The translations under genes were made by a program, and so were the position numbers. DNA of 64,000 bases from a virus, in IMG/VR virus record IMGVR_UViG_3300045988_180880, positions 224,001 to 288,000 of that record; one strand, written 5' to 3'. This document shows positions 7,985 to 17,471 of this stretch, in pieces (position 1 is the first letter of the stretch; each line of letters begins with the position of its first letter). Under the pieces are notes generated by a model, which saw nothing but the letters and a program-made list of their open reading frames with translations, did no database searches and was not told where the DNA came from.

Positions 7985-8335
7985 TTAATTGTTCTCTGGA
8001 AGTATTGGAAGACGAATATCTATATAAAAAACTTGTTCAGACTCTGAAAGAGTTATATTACTAGGAGTACATACTCCCAATTGACTATATAGACTTCCAG
8101 CCGAGTATAAAAATTCAAGATAATTTGATCCAAAAAATTCTGAATCTATTTTTTGAATTTTAGTATCCGTATATGCACTTCCCATTCCAGATCCTTTAAA
8201 TTCAAAAGAAGGTATTCCAACTTTTCTTAAAGTTAACATCCAATTAATTTGTCTTCCATTACTAGAAGAAGGTATATTTATTTTAAATGTCCAGTATTTA
8301 ATTCTTTCACCCTCTTGATTTAAAGGAACGTTTAA
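7985..8335 (-). CDS. start-codon-less cassette ORF D (116 codons, begins L-N-V-P-L-N-Q)
   Basis: The frame of the listed 7985..8239 ORF stays open 32 codons further up to the junction site. An in-frame TAA lies at 8365-8363. Confidence 0.45.
   Translation of the reverse strand, partial: LNVPLNQEGERIKYWTFKINIPSSSNGRQINWMLTLRKVGIPSFEFKGSGMGSAYTDTKIQKIDSEFFGSNYLEFLYSAGSLYSQLGVCTPSNITLSESEQVFYIDIRLPILPENN
8315..8335 (-). repeat. cassette-junction site 4
   Basis: The reverse complement reads TTAAACGTTCCTTTAAATCAA. Confidence 0.85.
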
Positions 8336-8341
8336 AGTAAA

Positions 8342-8378
8342 AGAAAAATAAGAGATAGGATTTTATTTCCTATCTCTT
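8342..8378 (-). terminator. rho-independent terminator of gene 8370..8876
   Basis: AAGAGATAGGA (8350-8360) pairs with TCCTATCTCTT (8368-8378), with a T-run on the - strand. Confidence 0.7.
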
Positions 8379-8876
8379 TTTCACACTCTCCGAAATAACC
8401 TCTTCTAATTCACCTTCTGTAATATAATCCATTAAAGTTTCTTCGAATTCTACATTTATCCAAGCTTGCAACATAGCTGTATTTTCAAAATCTTCATAAC
8501 TCAGATTTCTTAACTTAACTATCTGATCTACGGCATGTCTTGTTTCGTGATAAAATGTAGTTTTGATATTCTTAACCAAACTTTTATAATCCTTTTTGGC
8601 AATAAAAGGTCTATTTCTTCTAGAGTCAATGTTTACTATTACTACTACTTGATCGAATCCTGTTGTTTTATTAATAATTCTATAAGTAGATGTTCCGGAT
8701 GTTGAACTTATTGTTTCTATAAGTTCTTCTGCTCTTGAATTTTTCTTTACCGGAATTTCCATTTTATGATTCTTTACAAACTTAGTAGTAAACCACCTCG
8801 TCATTTCTTTCTGTGTTCCAATTCCAAAATTAATTTCTACTCTATAAGAATCATGTTTTAATTTACTTATTTTCAT
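8370..8876 (-). CDS. HExxH-motif protein (putative zinc metallopeptidase)
   Basis: FYHETRHAVD motif, 168 aa. Confidence 0.5.
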   Translation of the reverse strand: MKISKLKHDSYRVEINFGIGTQKEMTRWFTTKFVKNHKMEIPVKKNSRAEELIETISSTSGTSTYRIINKTTGFDQVVVIVNIDSRRNRPFIAKKDYKSLVKNIKTTFYHETRHAVDQIVKLRNLSYEDFENTAMLQAWINVEFEETLMDYITEGELEEVISESVKKR

Positions 8877-8950
8877 ATTCTTAAAAATTTAAACTCCTTA
8901 AGCTTTTTATTATTGCTTAAGGAGTATTGTTTTACATTATTTATTTTCTC

Positions 8951-9367
8951 TCATGTATAAGGCTTTAAAGCTCTCTGAAAACGACTATACAAATAAATAT
9001 ATAGTTCATCAGCTAAATTAAATCTACTTAAGTCAGCTTCTATATTCTTTTGAATCTTAACTAAATAATAGATCAGATCAAGCCGAGTACGAGTTTCCTG
9101 AAGTTGAAATCTAAGTATATCTCTAAAAGTGAAGATACTTATATAATCGATCTTAATTCCATATAAATCTTTAAACTTATCAACAGTCATAGTTCCTCTT
9201 TTTATTCCAGAGTTATTAATAAAATCAACTACTTCTGGGATATAATAAGAAATTACAAAGTTTGATAAATTATCTATAGGAAGTTTCGAAGTAAATGCTA
9301 TAAATGTATGAAGAACTAAACCTCTTAGACTTATAGTATTATATATTACCTTATCTTCATAATCCAT
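8951..9367 (-). CDS. hypothetical protein
   Basis: 138-aa ORF. Confidence 0.6.
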   Translation of the reverse strand: MDYEDKVIYNTISLRGLVLHTFIAFTSKLPIDNLSNFVISYYIPEVVDFINNSGIKRGTMTVDKFKDLYGIKIDYISIFTFRDILRFQLQETRTRLDLIYYLVKIQKNIEADLSRFNLADELYIYLYSRFQRALKPYT

Positions 9368-9368
9368 C

Positions 9369-11270
9369 TTAACTTACTGTAGTATGTTTTGTTTTTATTA
9401 CTTTGGTTTTCACTATTTCATTCAAAAGTTTCGGCATTTCCTCTAAGTTATATCCGATATCTATATAAGTATCAAACATATCTTCAACACCGTAAACAGC
9501 ATCTATACTAATCTGAATTATTCCGAATCCAAGTTTTTCTGCTTCTTTTACTTTTGCGGCAGTATCTTTTATTGCTGGAATTCCTCCATATCCATTTGCA
9601 CAAGGGCTACCATCAGATATCACAAACATAATACAATTCTCTTTTGTGAACTTTCTAACTCTCTTTGCTACTTCTAGAATTGCATCTCCATCTCGATTTT
9701 GGGATTTTGCACAACTCTTAGATAATGAAAACTTAGGATTATAATGACTTCCTTCTCGATACACACTCAGATTTATATATCCGATCGAACCAATATCTGC
9801 AGTATGTCCATAAATATATAGATCAACTCCCAAACTTTTTCCGAAGGTTTCATTTAGAAGTATTGCAGCCTGTCTCGCTAGGATTTCCTTTTTTCCACCC
9901 ATAGATCCAGACTCATCAATAAGAACACATATAGTTGATTTATTGGTTCTAACATGTCCCTGTCTTAGGTAAACTTGTGGAACTCCTTGATATGCTTCTG
10001 CAAGTTTTGTCGTATCTAGAATTCCAGACCTACAACCTTGGATATTAAAATCATAGTTCTTATCTGTTCCTGTCAATATCTTTTTTAATCTAGGAACATA
10101 TTTTTGAACTGCTCTCACATCACATAAATAACTATTTCTATCCCCTTTTGGTTTTTCAAAGAATACCTTATCAGAATCACCACGTTCTACTGTTCCCTCT
10201 AAGATTTTCATTGTTAGGCTGTCCTTTAATGATAATAACCTAGATACTTTAGACTTATCTATCTTTCTTCCAGAATCTAAGTCAACTCCATACATTATAC
10301 TAGTTATAGATTCAGTATCATTAATTAAGAATAATATTTTTTTTAATTCCGCCGGATCTATATCAGATAATTTCTTCTCCTTAATTATCTTAAATATACT
10401 TTCAGAAACACTACAAATATCTTTAAGATTTTCTGGATATGGAGTTATCTTTTCTTGAACTTCTTTGTATACCTCAGAATACTCCTCAAGAATCTCCTCT
10501 TCTATTAATCCAGGAAATCTAAGTATCCCTATTAATGTTTTAAAGAAAAGAATCAACTTCCTCTCCCTCATCATATTAAGTCTTCCCTCTAGAGTCTTAG
10601 AATTATAACTTTTCGCACAATCAATAAAATCTTGAAATCCTGGTCGTTCTGTTAGTAATAAATCCTCAACTCTATTATCCTCAAGAAGATTTATGAAAAT
10701 TTTAATAATCTCTCCTTCTTCAGAAGTATATTTTCCACTTATAAAACTAAGAAAATTCAAATAAACTCTTAAGTAGGTATATCTTAAGTGTGCAGCCTCA
10801 TGAAGACCAAATCCACAGAAGGCATTTATTTTTGTTTCATTATCTTCGGTGGAGTCAAATATCTTAGAAGGGACTGCTATTCTTCTTTCGGAATTATCTC
10901 TTTTCTCTTCTGAAAAATAATCTGAATACGAACTACTTTCATCACTACTCTCATTTAAATTTACTTTAATCGGGAAAGGAAAATCCATTATAGTTATCAT
11001 ATCTTTTACAGAACTATAAGCCTTTTCAATTAACTTAGATAATTGTGCATCCTCTTCCTTTCCAACAGATGAATATGAATAATAACTTTCTCCATACCAA
11101 GAGCTTCTATTTATAGTTCTACTTAGCTCTCCAGAATTTCCGACAGATGATTTATAGGATTTTCTAAATATACTCCTACCCCATCTACCATCATCTTCGT
11201 CATCATAGTAATCATCATAATCCTTTCTTTTCCACCAAGGATAATATGAGGTTGAAAAATGTTTACTCAT
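9369..11270 (-). CDS. VWA-domain protein (CobT-like partner of the AAA ATPase)
   Basis: MIDAS motif VLIDESGSMGG in the C-terminal third, plus an HEAAH motif in the N-terminal half. Adjacent to a MoxR/CobS-like ATPase. Confidence 0.7.
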   Translation of the reverse strand: MSKHFSTSYYPWWKRKDYDDYYDDEDDGRWGRSIFRKSYKSSVGNSGELSRTINRSSWYGESYYSYSSVGKEEDAQLSKLIEKAYSSVKDMITIMDFPFPIKVNLNESSDESSSYSDYFSEEKRDNSERRIAVPSKIFDSTEDNETKINAFCGFGLHEAAHLRYTYLRVYLNFLSFISGKYTSEEGEIIKIFINLLEDNRVEDLLLTERPGFQDFIDCAKSYNSKTLEGRLNMMRERKLILFFKTLIGILRFPGLIEEEILEEYSEVYKEVQEKITPYPENLKDICSVSESIFKIIKEKKLSDIDPAELKKILFLINDTESITSIMYGVDLDSGRKIDKSKVSRLLSLKDSLTMKILEGTVERGDSDKVFFEKPKGDRNSYLCDVRAVQKYVPRLKKILTGTDKNYDFNIQGCRSGILDTTKLAEAYQGVPQVYLRQGHVRTNKSTICVLIDESGSMGGKKEILARQAAILLNETFGKSLGVDLYIYGHTADIGSIGYINLSVYREGSHYNPKFSLSKSCAKSQNRDGDAILEVAKRVRKFTKENCIMFVISDGSPCANGYGGIPAIKDTAAKVKEAEKLGFGIIQISIDAVYGVEDMFDTYIDIGYNLEEMPKLLNEIVKTKVIKTKHTTVS

Positions 11271-11276
11271 AGTCTA

Positions 11277-12431
11277 TTAATAAGATAATATTGTTTTATA
11301 TACTGTACTTCTTTCTCCTTCCAAATTAGTTCCTTCATAGATTGGAAGATATACCATTTCCATAGCACTTTTCACACTCCAACCATCTGATACTAACTCT
11401 GAGATCATTAGTGTTTCTCGAATTGATATAGAAGTTGAGATCTCCTGTTTCTTTGAGAGTGATCTAATATTATTCGCTATCTTCACAATTGATCTAGCTA
11501 CTTCTTCATCAATTCCCGTTCTATTAACCAAAACATTTACTTCTTCTGTATCTGGTATAATATTAAGTTCAAGAGGAAAAAATCGATTAAGAAGTGCTCG
11601 GTCTATCATATTAGTTCCAGTATATTCAGAACCTATATTAGCTGTTGCAATAAATGTTACCTCTGGATGAATTTTAATACTTCTAACTCCTTTCCCACAA
11701 GCTATTTCAACATTCAATTCCCGTCTATCATCTAAACAAGGAAACAATACATTATTAGCCCCAAGAGAAGAACGATTTAACTCATCTAAGAGAATTACAC
11801 ACGGTTCTTGAATTACTTTAGTGAACTTAGCATAATCAAATATACTTTTTCCATCTTCTAAGCGATGAACTCCAAGTAAATTTGAAATAGGATCAATCAT
11901 AGAACCCATATCAAACACATGAAGAGGTATACCCATTCTAGAACAAACTTCTTTTACACAACTTGTCTTTCCAGAACCTGTAGGCCCTATAATCATCGTA
12001 TTAACATGTTTTTTTATATTTCTCACTAAGATTCTCCAATTATCAGGGGTCATATAAAATCCATCCTTTGTAGAACTTGGAGAAATTAGTGATGCATCTT
12101 TAAGAATTGTTTCGAGAATCGTATCTTTCTTTAAGGGATCTACGAAATCAATTCCAGTCAGAGTTTTATATTCTTTTTTAGCTTCTTCATCTTTATATGT
12201 TAATCTTTGAAATCCCTTTTGTGTATAAAACTTTCCACCTGAAGAACTAAGATTAAGAAAAGTTGAGATAAATATAGTACCTTCTGAATAAACATCTCTT
12301 ATCTTCTTAGGGCATTGTACATAAAGACTTGTAGATACATTAGAACCATCCTTCAATTTTTGTCCAGGGAGTGCTTTTACTTTCAAATTTCCTTTAACTA
12401 ATACTGTCTCTAAAAAATAATACTTACTCAT
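11277..12431 (-). CDS. AAA+ ATPase, MoxR/CobS-like
   Basis: Walker A GPTGSGKTS and Walker B VILLDELNR. Confidence 0.75.
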   Translation of the reverse strand: MSKYYFLETVLVKGNLKVKALPGQKLKDGSNVSTSLYVQCPKKIRDVYSEGTIFISTFLNLSSSGGKFYTQKGFQRLTYKDEEAKKEYKTLTGIDFVDPLKKDTILETILKDASLISPSSTKDGFYMTPDNWRILVRNIKKHVNTMIIGPTGSGKTSCVKEVCSRMGIPLHVFDMGSMIDPISNLLGVHRLEDGKSIFDYAKFTKVIQEPCVILLDELNRSSLGANNVLFPCLDDRRELNVEIACGKGVRSIKIHPEVTFIATANIGSEYTGTNMIDRALLNRFFPLELNIIPDTEEVNVLVNRTGIDEEVARSIVKIANNIRSLSKKQEISTSISIRETLMISELVSDGWSVKSAMEMVYLPIYEGTNLEGERSTVYKTILSY

Positions 12432-12683
12432 AATAATTTTTTCTTATAATAAATTAATATTTCTTTTATAATGAGATCAAGAACTACACAATAAAAATTC
12501 TTGATCATTAATAAGGATTATAGGGTTCGAAATATTTTCTTGAGGACTAAGGAACCTGGATTGAACAAGAGAGTAATTGAAAAAACCTATAGGAAGTATA
12601 AATAGAAAATAAAAAGATAATATAGAATAAGAATTGAATAAAGAGATATTAGGATTTTTAAAGAAGGATTGAAAGGAGAGATA

Positions 12684-12898
12684 GTGGTTCTTAAAAAGTA
12701 TCTAGTCCTAGCTCTTCCGAGTGTGAACGAGGTAAAGAGCGTTATGGACGATATCTTTTTAAGGTTCACGATAAATATGAATATAATATTAGGTTTAAAT
12801 TTTAATCTATCGTGAACCTCCTATAAGAGACGGCTTTTACGCCTTTCCCTAACGGGAGGCGAAGCCTCTCACTATGTTCGCTCTTATAGAAGAACCAC
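12684..12898. ncRNA. candidate large structured RNA (strand unresolved) inside a 668-nt non-coding region
   Basis: Nested helices 12684-12692/12890-12898 (9 bp), 12763-12773/12808-12818 (11 bp) and 12821-12829/12881-12889 (9 bp), plus GC-rich hairpins at 12832-12869. Confidence 0.4.
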
Positions 12899-13099
12899 TA
12901 CAGAACTTTTTTAATAGATTAAATACTACTTTATGTTTGTATGTCATATTTCCTTTTAAAGTTCTGTTTTGCTCTTCTTATCCTTTCAAACTCTAATAAA
13001 TGAAGTTAAGGTATCCTTAGTCTTCGATTTTATGTAACTGAACTCTGTATTGATGAGTTTAATAATTAGTTTAGTATAATAATAAAAAAATTAAATAAC

Positions 13100-15124
13100 A
13101 TGAATAATAAAATGTATAGGGAAAAAGTAATAGTTCCTAGAGGTATTAGATTTATTTCAGAATGGAGTGAATTTAATTTTAGCAAATTTCCAGGGAAGTG
13201 TATAATAAATAAGCAATTACCTGGTTGTGGATTTACTGAATACTGTATTAGAAGTGGTGAAAATATTATTCTATGTAGTCCAAGAAAAATGTTACTTAAG
13301 AATAAATGGAGTCAACATAAGAATGAAGTTTACTTAGTAGTAAATGAAATGGATAAAGATTCTAATATTGATAAAGATTTATCCAAAATCGATAAGAGCG
13401 TAGTAATAGATAATTTAGTTAAGGAAGAAATATCTACTAATTCTGAAATCTATAAAAGATTATATCATGAAATAGAAGAATATTGTATGAATAGACCTTA
13501 TGGATTAGGTAAGAAGATATTAGTTACTTACGATTCTTATAGGATAGTGAAGGATATCTTAGAAAAGTTAGGATGGTTTAATAGATTTATTACAGTTATA
13601 GATGAATTTCAGAGTATCTTACATGATGCTAGATTCAAAAGTGATACTGAATTAAAATTTATGGAATACCTTAAACAGTCCCCCACTGCATATTTTGTAT
13701 CTGCTACTCCAATGATGGATGAGTACCTAGAAATGTTAGATGAATTTAAAGATTTACCTTATTATGAATTAGATTGGGGAAGTGAAGACACAACAAGAAT
13801 TATTAAGCCTGATTTAGATGTATATTTAATGAGAACGGTTGGTGAAAAGGCGTCTGAAATTATTCAAAAATATCTTAATAATGATTTTGAAAGTGTAGTA
13901 GTTCTTAGAAATGGTATTCCAACTAGGATAATATCAGATGAGGCTGTATTTTATGTAAACAGTGTGAATCATATTACATCTATTATAAAAAAGAATAACC
14001 TTACCCCTGAACAATGTAATATATTATGTTCAGATACAGAAGATAATAAAAAGAAAATTCAGAGAAGACTTGGAAAATCTTTTACAATAGGAGAAGTACC
14101 GTTGAAAGGAGTTAAACCTAAGATGTTTACATTCTGTACTAGGACTGTATATCTTGGGGCTGATTTTTATAGTTTATGTGCAAGGAGTTTCATATTCTCA
14201 GATTCTAATATAGACAGTTTAGCTGTTGATATTAGTGAAGATCTTCCCCAAATACTAGGTCGTCAAAGACTTTTCGAAAATCCTTGGAGTAATAGTGCAA
14301 TATTCTATTATAGATCTACTGCTAACTATAGAGAGATGAAGGAAGAAGATTTTAAAAATATAATAGAATCTAAGAAAAAATCTACTGAAAATCTATTATT
14401 AGCATACAATACTACCTTAGACACTGTTAAGTATGATTTAGCAAAGAATTATCAAAAAGTTGCTAAATCTTATAACTACAAAGATGATTATGTAGCAGTA
14501 AATAAAATTCAAACACGGGATGGAAATATAATACTTAAACCTGTTCTTAACAATTTAGTATTAGTAAATGAGATTAGGGCATTTAAAATACAACAAATAG
14601 ATTATAAAGATAGATTTAGTGTATTTTCCACTATTCATAATACTTTATCTCCAGATGATATAGTTAATCAGGAGGTATCAGAATTTCTTAGAGTATATAC
14701 TAAATTAAGTACTATACATGATAAACTAAAAATGCTGTGTGAGTATGGTTTATCTAGTGATGCAATTGATATAGTTCTTGGACAGATAGCTGATTCTGAT
14801 GAAATTAAGTCTTATTATACTACATTGGGCTCTAGTAAGCTTAAATCACTATCTTATAATAGTGCTAAAATAAAAAATCATCTAGGGGTAGTAACATTTA
14901 GTCAAGAACTTCTAGAATCTAGTATTTATTCGGAATTTAAAGTAGGGGATAAAATAACACTATCTGATATAAAATCTAGACTTGAGGTGTTATATAAGTC
15001 CATTAATTACGACAAAGTAGCCAAAGCAAAGGATTTAGAAAACTATTTTGAAGTTAAGAATTCTAGTATTTATGAAAATGGAAAGAAAGTAAAATGTTAT
15101 ATTATTATTAAAAAGAAAGAATAA
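13100..15124 (+). CDS. SF2-helicase-like protein, paralogue 1
   Basis: Motif II VIDEFQ, motif III SATP and motif VI QILGRQRL. The motif I position reads LPGCGFTE, with no P-loop lysine. By eye, more than half of residues look identical to 52727..54766. Confidence 0.6.
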   Translation: MNNKMYREKVIVPRGIRFISEWSEFNFSKFPGKCIINKQLPGCGFTEYCIRSGENIILCSPRKMLLKNKWSQHKNEVYLVVNEMDKDSNIDKDLSKIDKSVVIDNLVKEEISTNSEIYKRLYHEIEEYCMNRPYGLGKKILVTYDSYRIVKDILEKLGWFNRFITVIDEFQSILHDARFKSDTELKFMEYLKQSPTAYFVSATPMMDEYLEMLDEFKDLPYYELDWGSEDTTRIIKPDLDVYLMRTVGEKASEIIQKYLNNDFESVVVLRNGIPTRIISDEAVFYVNSVNHITSIIKKNNLTPEQCNILCSDTEDNKKKIQRRLGKSFTIGEVPLKGVKPKMFTFCTRTVYLGADFYSLCARSFIFSDSNIDSLAVDISEDLPQILGRQRLFENPWSNSAIFYYRSTANYREMKEEDFKNIIESKKKSTENLLLAYNTTLDTVKYDLAKNYQKVAKSYNYKDDYVAVNKIQTRDGNIILKPVLNNLVLVNEIRAFKIQQIDYKDRFSVFSTIHNTLSPDDIVNQEVSEFLRVYTKLSTIHDKLKMLCEYGLSSDAIDIVLGQIADSDEIKSYYTTLGSSKLKSLSYNSAKIKNHLGVVTFSQELLESSIYSEFKVGDKITLSDIKSRLEVLYKSINYDKVAKAKDLENYFEVKNSSIYENGKKVKCYIIIKKKE

Positions 15125-15201
15125 TTAATCAATGAAATATATAAAAATATTCAATTATTTTTCACTTAAAACTCTAATAAATGAATAAAAAATAAATAAT
15201 T

Positions 15202-15684
15202 ATGGAGAATATAATAAATAGCTTTTTTATTAAGCAGAGCAGGATTACGGAACTTACTTTTGAATTTACAGAGAGATTATGGATTCAGTCAGTTCAATAT
15301 GAAGTTAGTACAGTAGAGCATATTCCTTACATAGTAACAACAGGAGGACGAAATAAACTTTACAAACTAGAAGAAAATCCGGATGTTACAAAATATGGAG
15401 AGGATTTATATCATATTAGAAGTATTATGAAAGATTCTATAACGGCCGAAGATGTAGAGATAAACGTTATGTACCAGATTGATAAAGCAACGAGAAATGT
15501 TTTTAAGGTTTCTCACTTATACGTTGCTTTTGAAGATGGTACAAAGAAAATACTCTACAATGAAACGGCCGAAACTTATATGTGTATCTTGAGAACTCTT
15601 CAAACTAGATTTCCAGAGTTAGTTTCAGGATTATTTGTTAAGATTGGAAATGATTATAAGTATTTCTTAGATATTGAACTATGA
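15202..15684 (+). CDS. hypothetical protein
   Basis: 160-aa ORF. Confidence 0.6.
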   Translation: MENIINSFFIKQSRITELTFEFTERLWIQSVQYEVSTVEHIPYIVTTGGRNKLYKLEENPDVTKYGEDLYHIRSIMKDSITAEDVEINVMYQIDKATRNVFKVSHLYVAFEDGTKKILYNETAETYMCILRTLQTRFPELVSGLFVKIGNDYKYFLDIEL

Positions 15685-16208
15685 AAGTAATATTATCTAG
15701 TCATCTTCCTGGAGTTATTGATATCCTAATTCCGATTGCATTGCCTTTTAGAAATGTAGTAGAATTAGCAGGAGATTTACAGACAACCATGAAATATATA
15801 GAAGAGAGGGATTGGTTAGCTCAAGGATATTATCTTAGTTTATCAGATAAGACTTGGAAGTGTTCTGATAGAGATAGAGTACTGTTTGTTCAGAATAATA
15901 AACTTCCTGATATAGCTTGTAAGAAGATAGGAATTAAACGATTATCAGATCTATTGTATGATAAATTTCTAGATAAACGTGGTCTTGATATTACTACAGT
16001 TGATAATCCTATGACTATTGAAAGTCTCTCTAAAAAAGAATATCACATCGGAAAATATAACCTCAAGAATGCAGATATAATGAGAGATTATCGTAGTGAT
16101 ATTTCCAGAGAAGAATTCGAAACTAGATCTATAACTGATAAACTTATTATAACTATAATATTAAAGGTTATAGATAAACATGGAGTAGATAAATTCTTTG
16201 TAGGGTAG
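15681..16208 (+). CDS. hypothetical protein
   Basis: 175-aa ORF with an ATGA overlap. Confidence 0.6.
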   Translation: MKVILSSHLPGVIDILIPIALPFRNVVELAGDLQTTMKYIEERDWLAQGYYLSLSDKTWKCSDRDRVLFVQNNKLPDIACKKIGIKRLSDLLYDKFLDKRGLDITTVDNPMTIESLSKKEYHIGKYNLKNADIMRDYRSDISREEFETRSITDKLIITIILKVIDKHGVDKFFVG

Positions 16209-16435
16209 AAAAACGATGGGTTTGAAAAGACGTTAAATTCTTATATATGAGAAAATAAATTCTTTAAGATCAAAATTCATACACAAATACAACTATACAA
16301 AAACAAAGAAAATAATGAATTTTGATCATTAATTTTTCGCCGTTAAAAATCGAATGGTTTAGAAAACGGTAAAAGCCTTATAAGAGATAAGATAACAAAA
16401 ATATTAACAAATTATTTTTCTAAAGAACAAGAATT

Positions 16436-16780
16436 ATGGAAAAAGAAGAAACTAAAAAAGAAAAAAAATCTGGTTGGTTTAGTAGAAATAAATACACAAT
16501 CGGAGGAGTTGCCGTTGGAATGGTACTTGGTGGAATAATAGTTAAATACCACAAACCAATAATATCCACTGGCAAGGGTATAGGAAATGCAGCTATAGGT
16601 CTTTTAAAGAGAAAGAAATCAGTTGCAACAACAGTTACCGGTATAGGAGAATCGGATATGATTCCTGAAGTAAAGCCGGAAATAACATCAGCCCCTACAA
16701 ATGGAGGCAATGGTGGTTACAAGAACGGTGGTTACAGAAGTCTCAACAGCCACCAAAGAGTAAATAATGTTAACTTATAA
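16436..16780 (+). CDS. membrane protein with Gly-rich tail
   Basis: TM segment GGVAVGMVLGGIIV and C-terminal NGGNGGYKNGGY. Confidence 0.55.
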   Translation: MEKEETKKEKKSGWFSRNKYTIGGVAVGMVLGGIIVKYHKPIISTGKGIGNAAIGLLKRKKSVATTVTGIGESDMIPEVKPEITSAPTNGGNGGYKNGGYRSLNSHQRVNNVNL

Positions 16781-16796
16781 GAAGGAGGATAAGAAA

Positions 16797-16970
16797 ATGA
16801 AATTGACAAATTTTTTATATCTTGCAGTAGGATTTGGAACCGGAATAGCAGCAGTTAAGCTAGAACAGAAGTACGGTTACTGTGAAAAATTGATTGGAGA
16901 CGTCAAAAAGAAGATCACTGGTGACGGTATTGAAGAAGTCGAAGAAATTCCCGCTGAGGAAAAGAAATAA
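16797..16970 (+). CDS. small membrane protein
   Basis: ATG preceded by GAAGGAGGATAAGAAA (strong SD). TM segment LAVGFGTGIAAV. The listed 16767 start is less likely. Confidence 0.55.
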   Translation: MKLTNFLYLAVGFGTGIAAVKLEQKYGYCEKLIGDVKKKITGDGIEEVEEIPAEEKK

Positions 16971-17287
16971 ATTTTCCTTCTTTTAAGTTTAGAGTATAGA
17001 GGTATTGAATTGCTTCTATACTCTTTTTCTTTATTTAGGTTATGAAAAACACAATGATGAAAATAGAAGATGATGAAGAAAAAGAAGTAGAAGTAGAAAT
17101 AGAACAAAAACATAATTCTTGTTTATTGTTATCTCAGGGGAGGGTTCTGGAGGTCCATCCAGTTCCCTTCTTATAAAGAGATATTAAACAAGACAGATGA
17201 GTCAGCATCTATAAATAGCATATTAAGCTGACTGCGTTAAATAAAGAATTATAAACTTAAATATTAACAATAAAACTTAAAAGAAAA

Positions 17288-17467
17288 ATGGACATTAAAA
17301 AAAGAGAAAAAATAGCGATGGGGAGTTACTCAGTAGCTAATGTATGTCTCCGTGGTATAAAGATAGGTAGTCAAATTATAGCTCTTATATACGTAATAGG
17401 ATTCGGAGCTTCACTTATTGGAGACTTTCAAACAAAGAAAATTAGAAAAATTAATTCAAAAAGATAA
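17288..17467 (+). CDS. small membrane protein (59 aa)
   Basis: ATG at 17288, hydrophobic IIALIYVIGFGASLIG. Below the track cutoff. Confidence 0.45.
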   Translation: MDIKKREKIAMGSYSVANVCLRGIKIGSQIIALIYVIGFGASLIGDFQTKKIRKINSKR

Positions 17468-17471
17468 AAAT

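Noticed and set aside
2945-8335. The repeat-bounded segments as MITE or IS-like transposons.
   Set aside because: There are no target-site duplications and no transposase. The two segments share nothing except the terminal core. Their interiors are long open reading frames.
12587-12769. Listed 60-aa - strand ORF in the 12.4-13.1 kb gap.
   Set aside because: It is a low-complexity product of AT-rich repeats and overlaps the predicted RNA helices. I see no start context.
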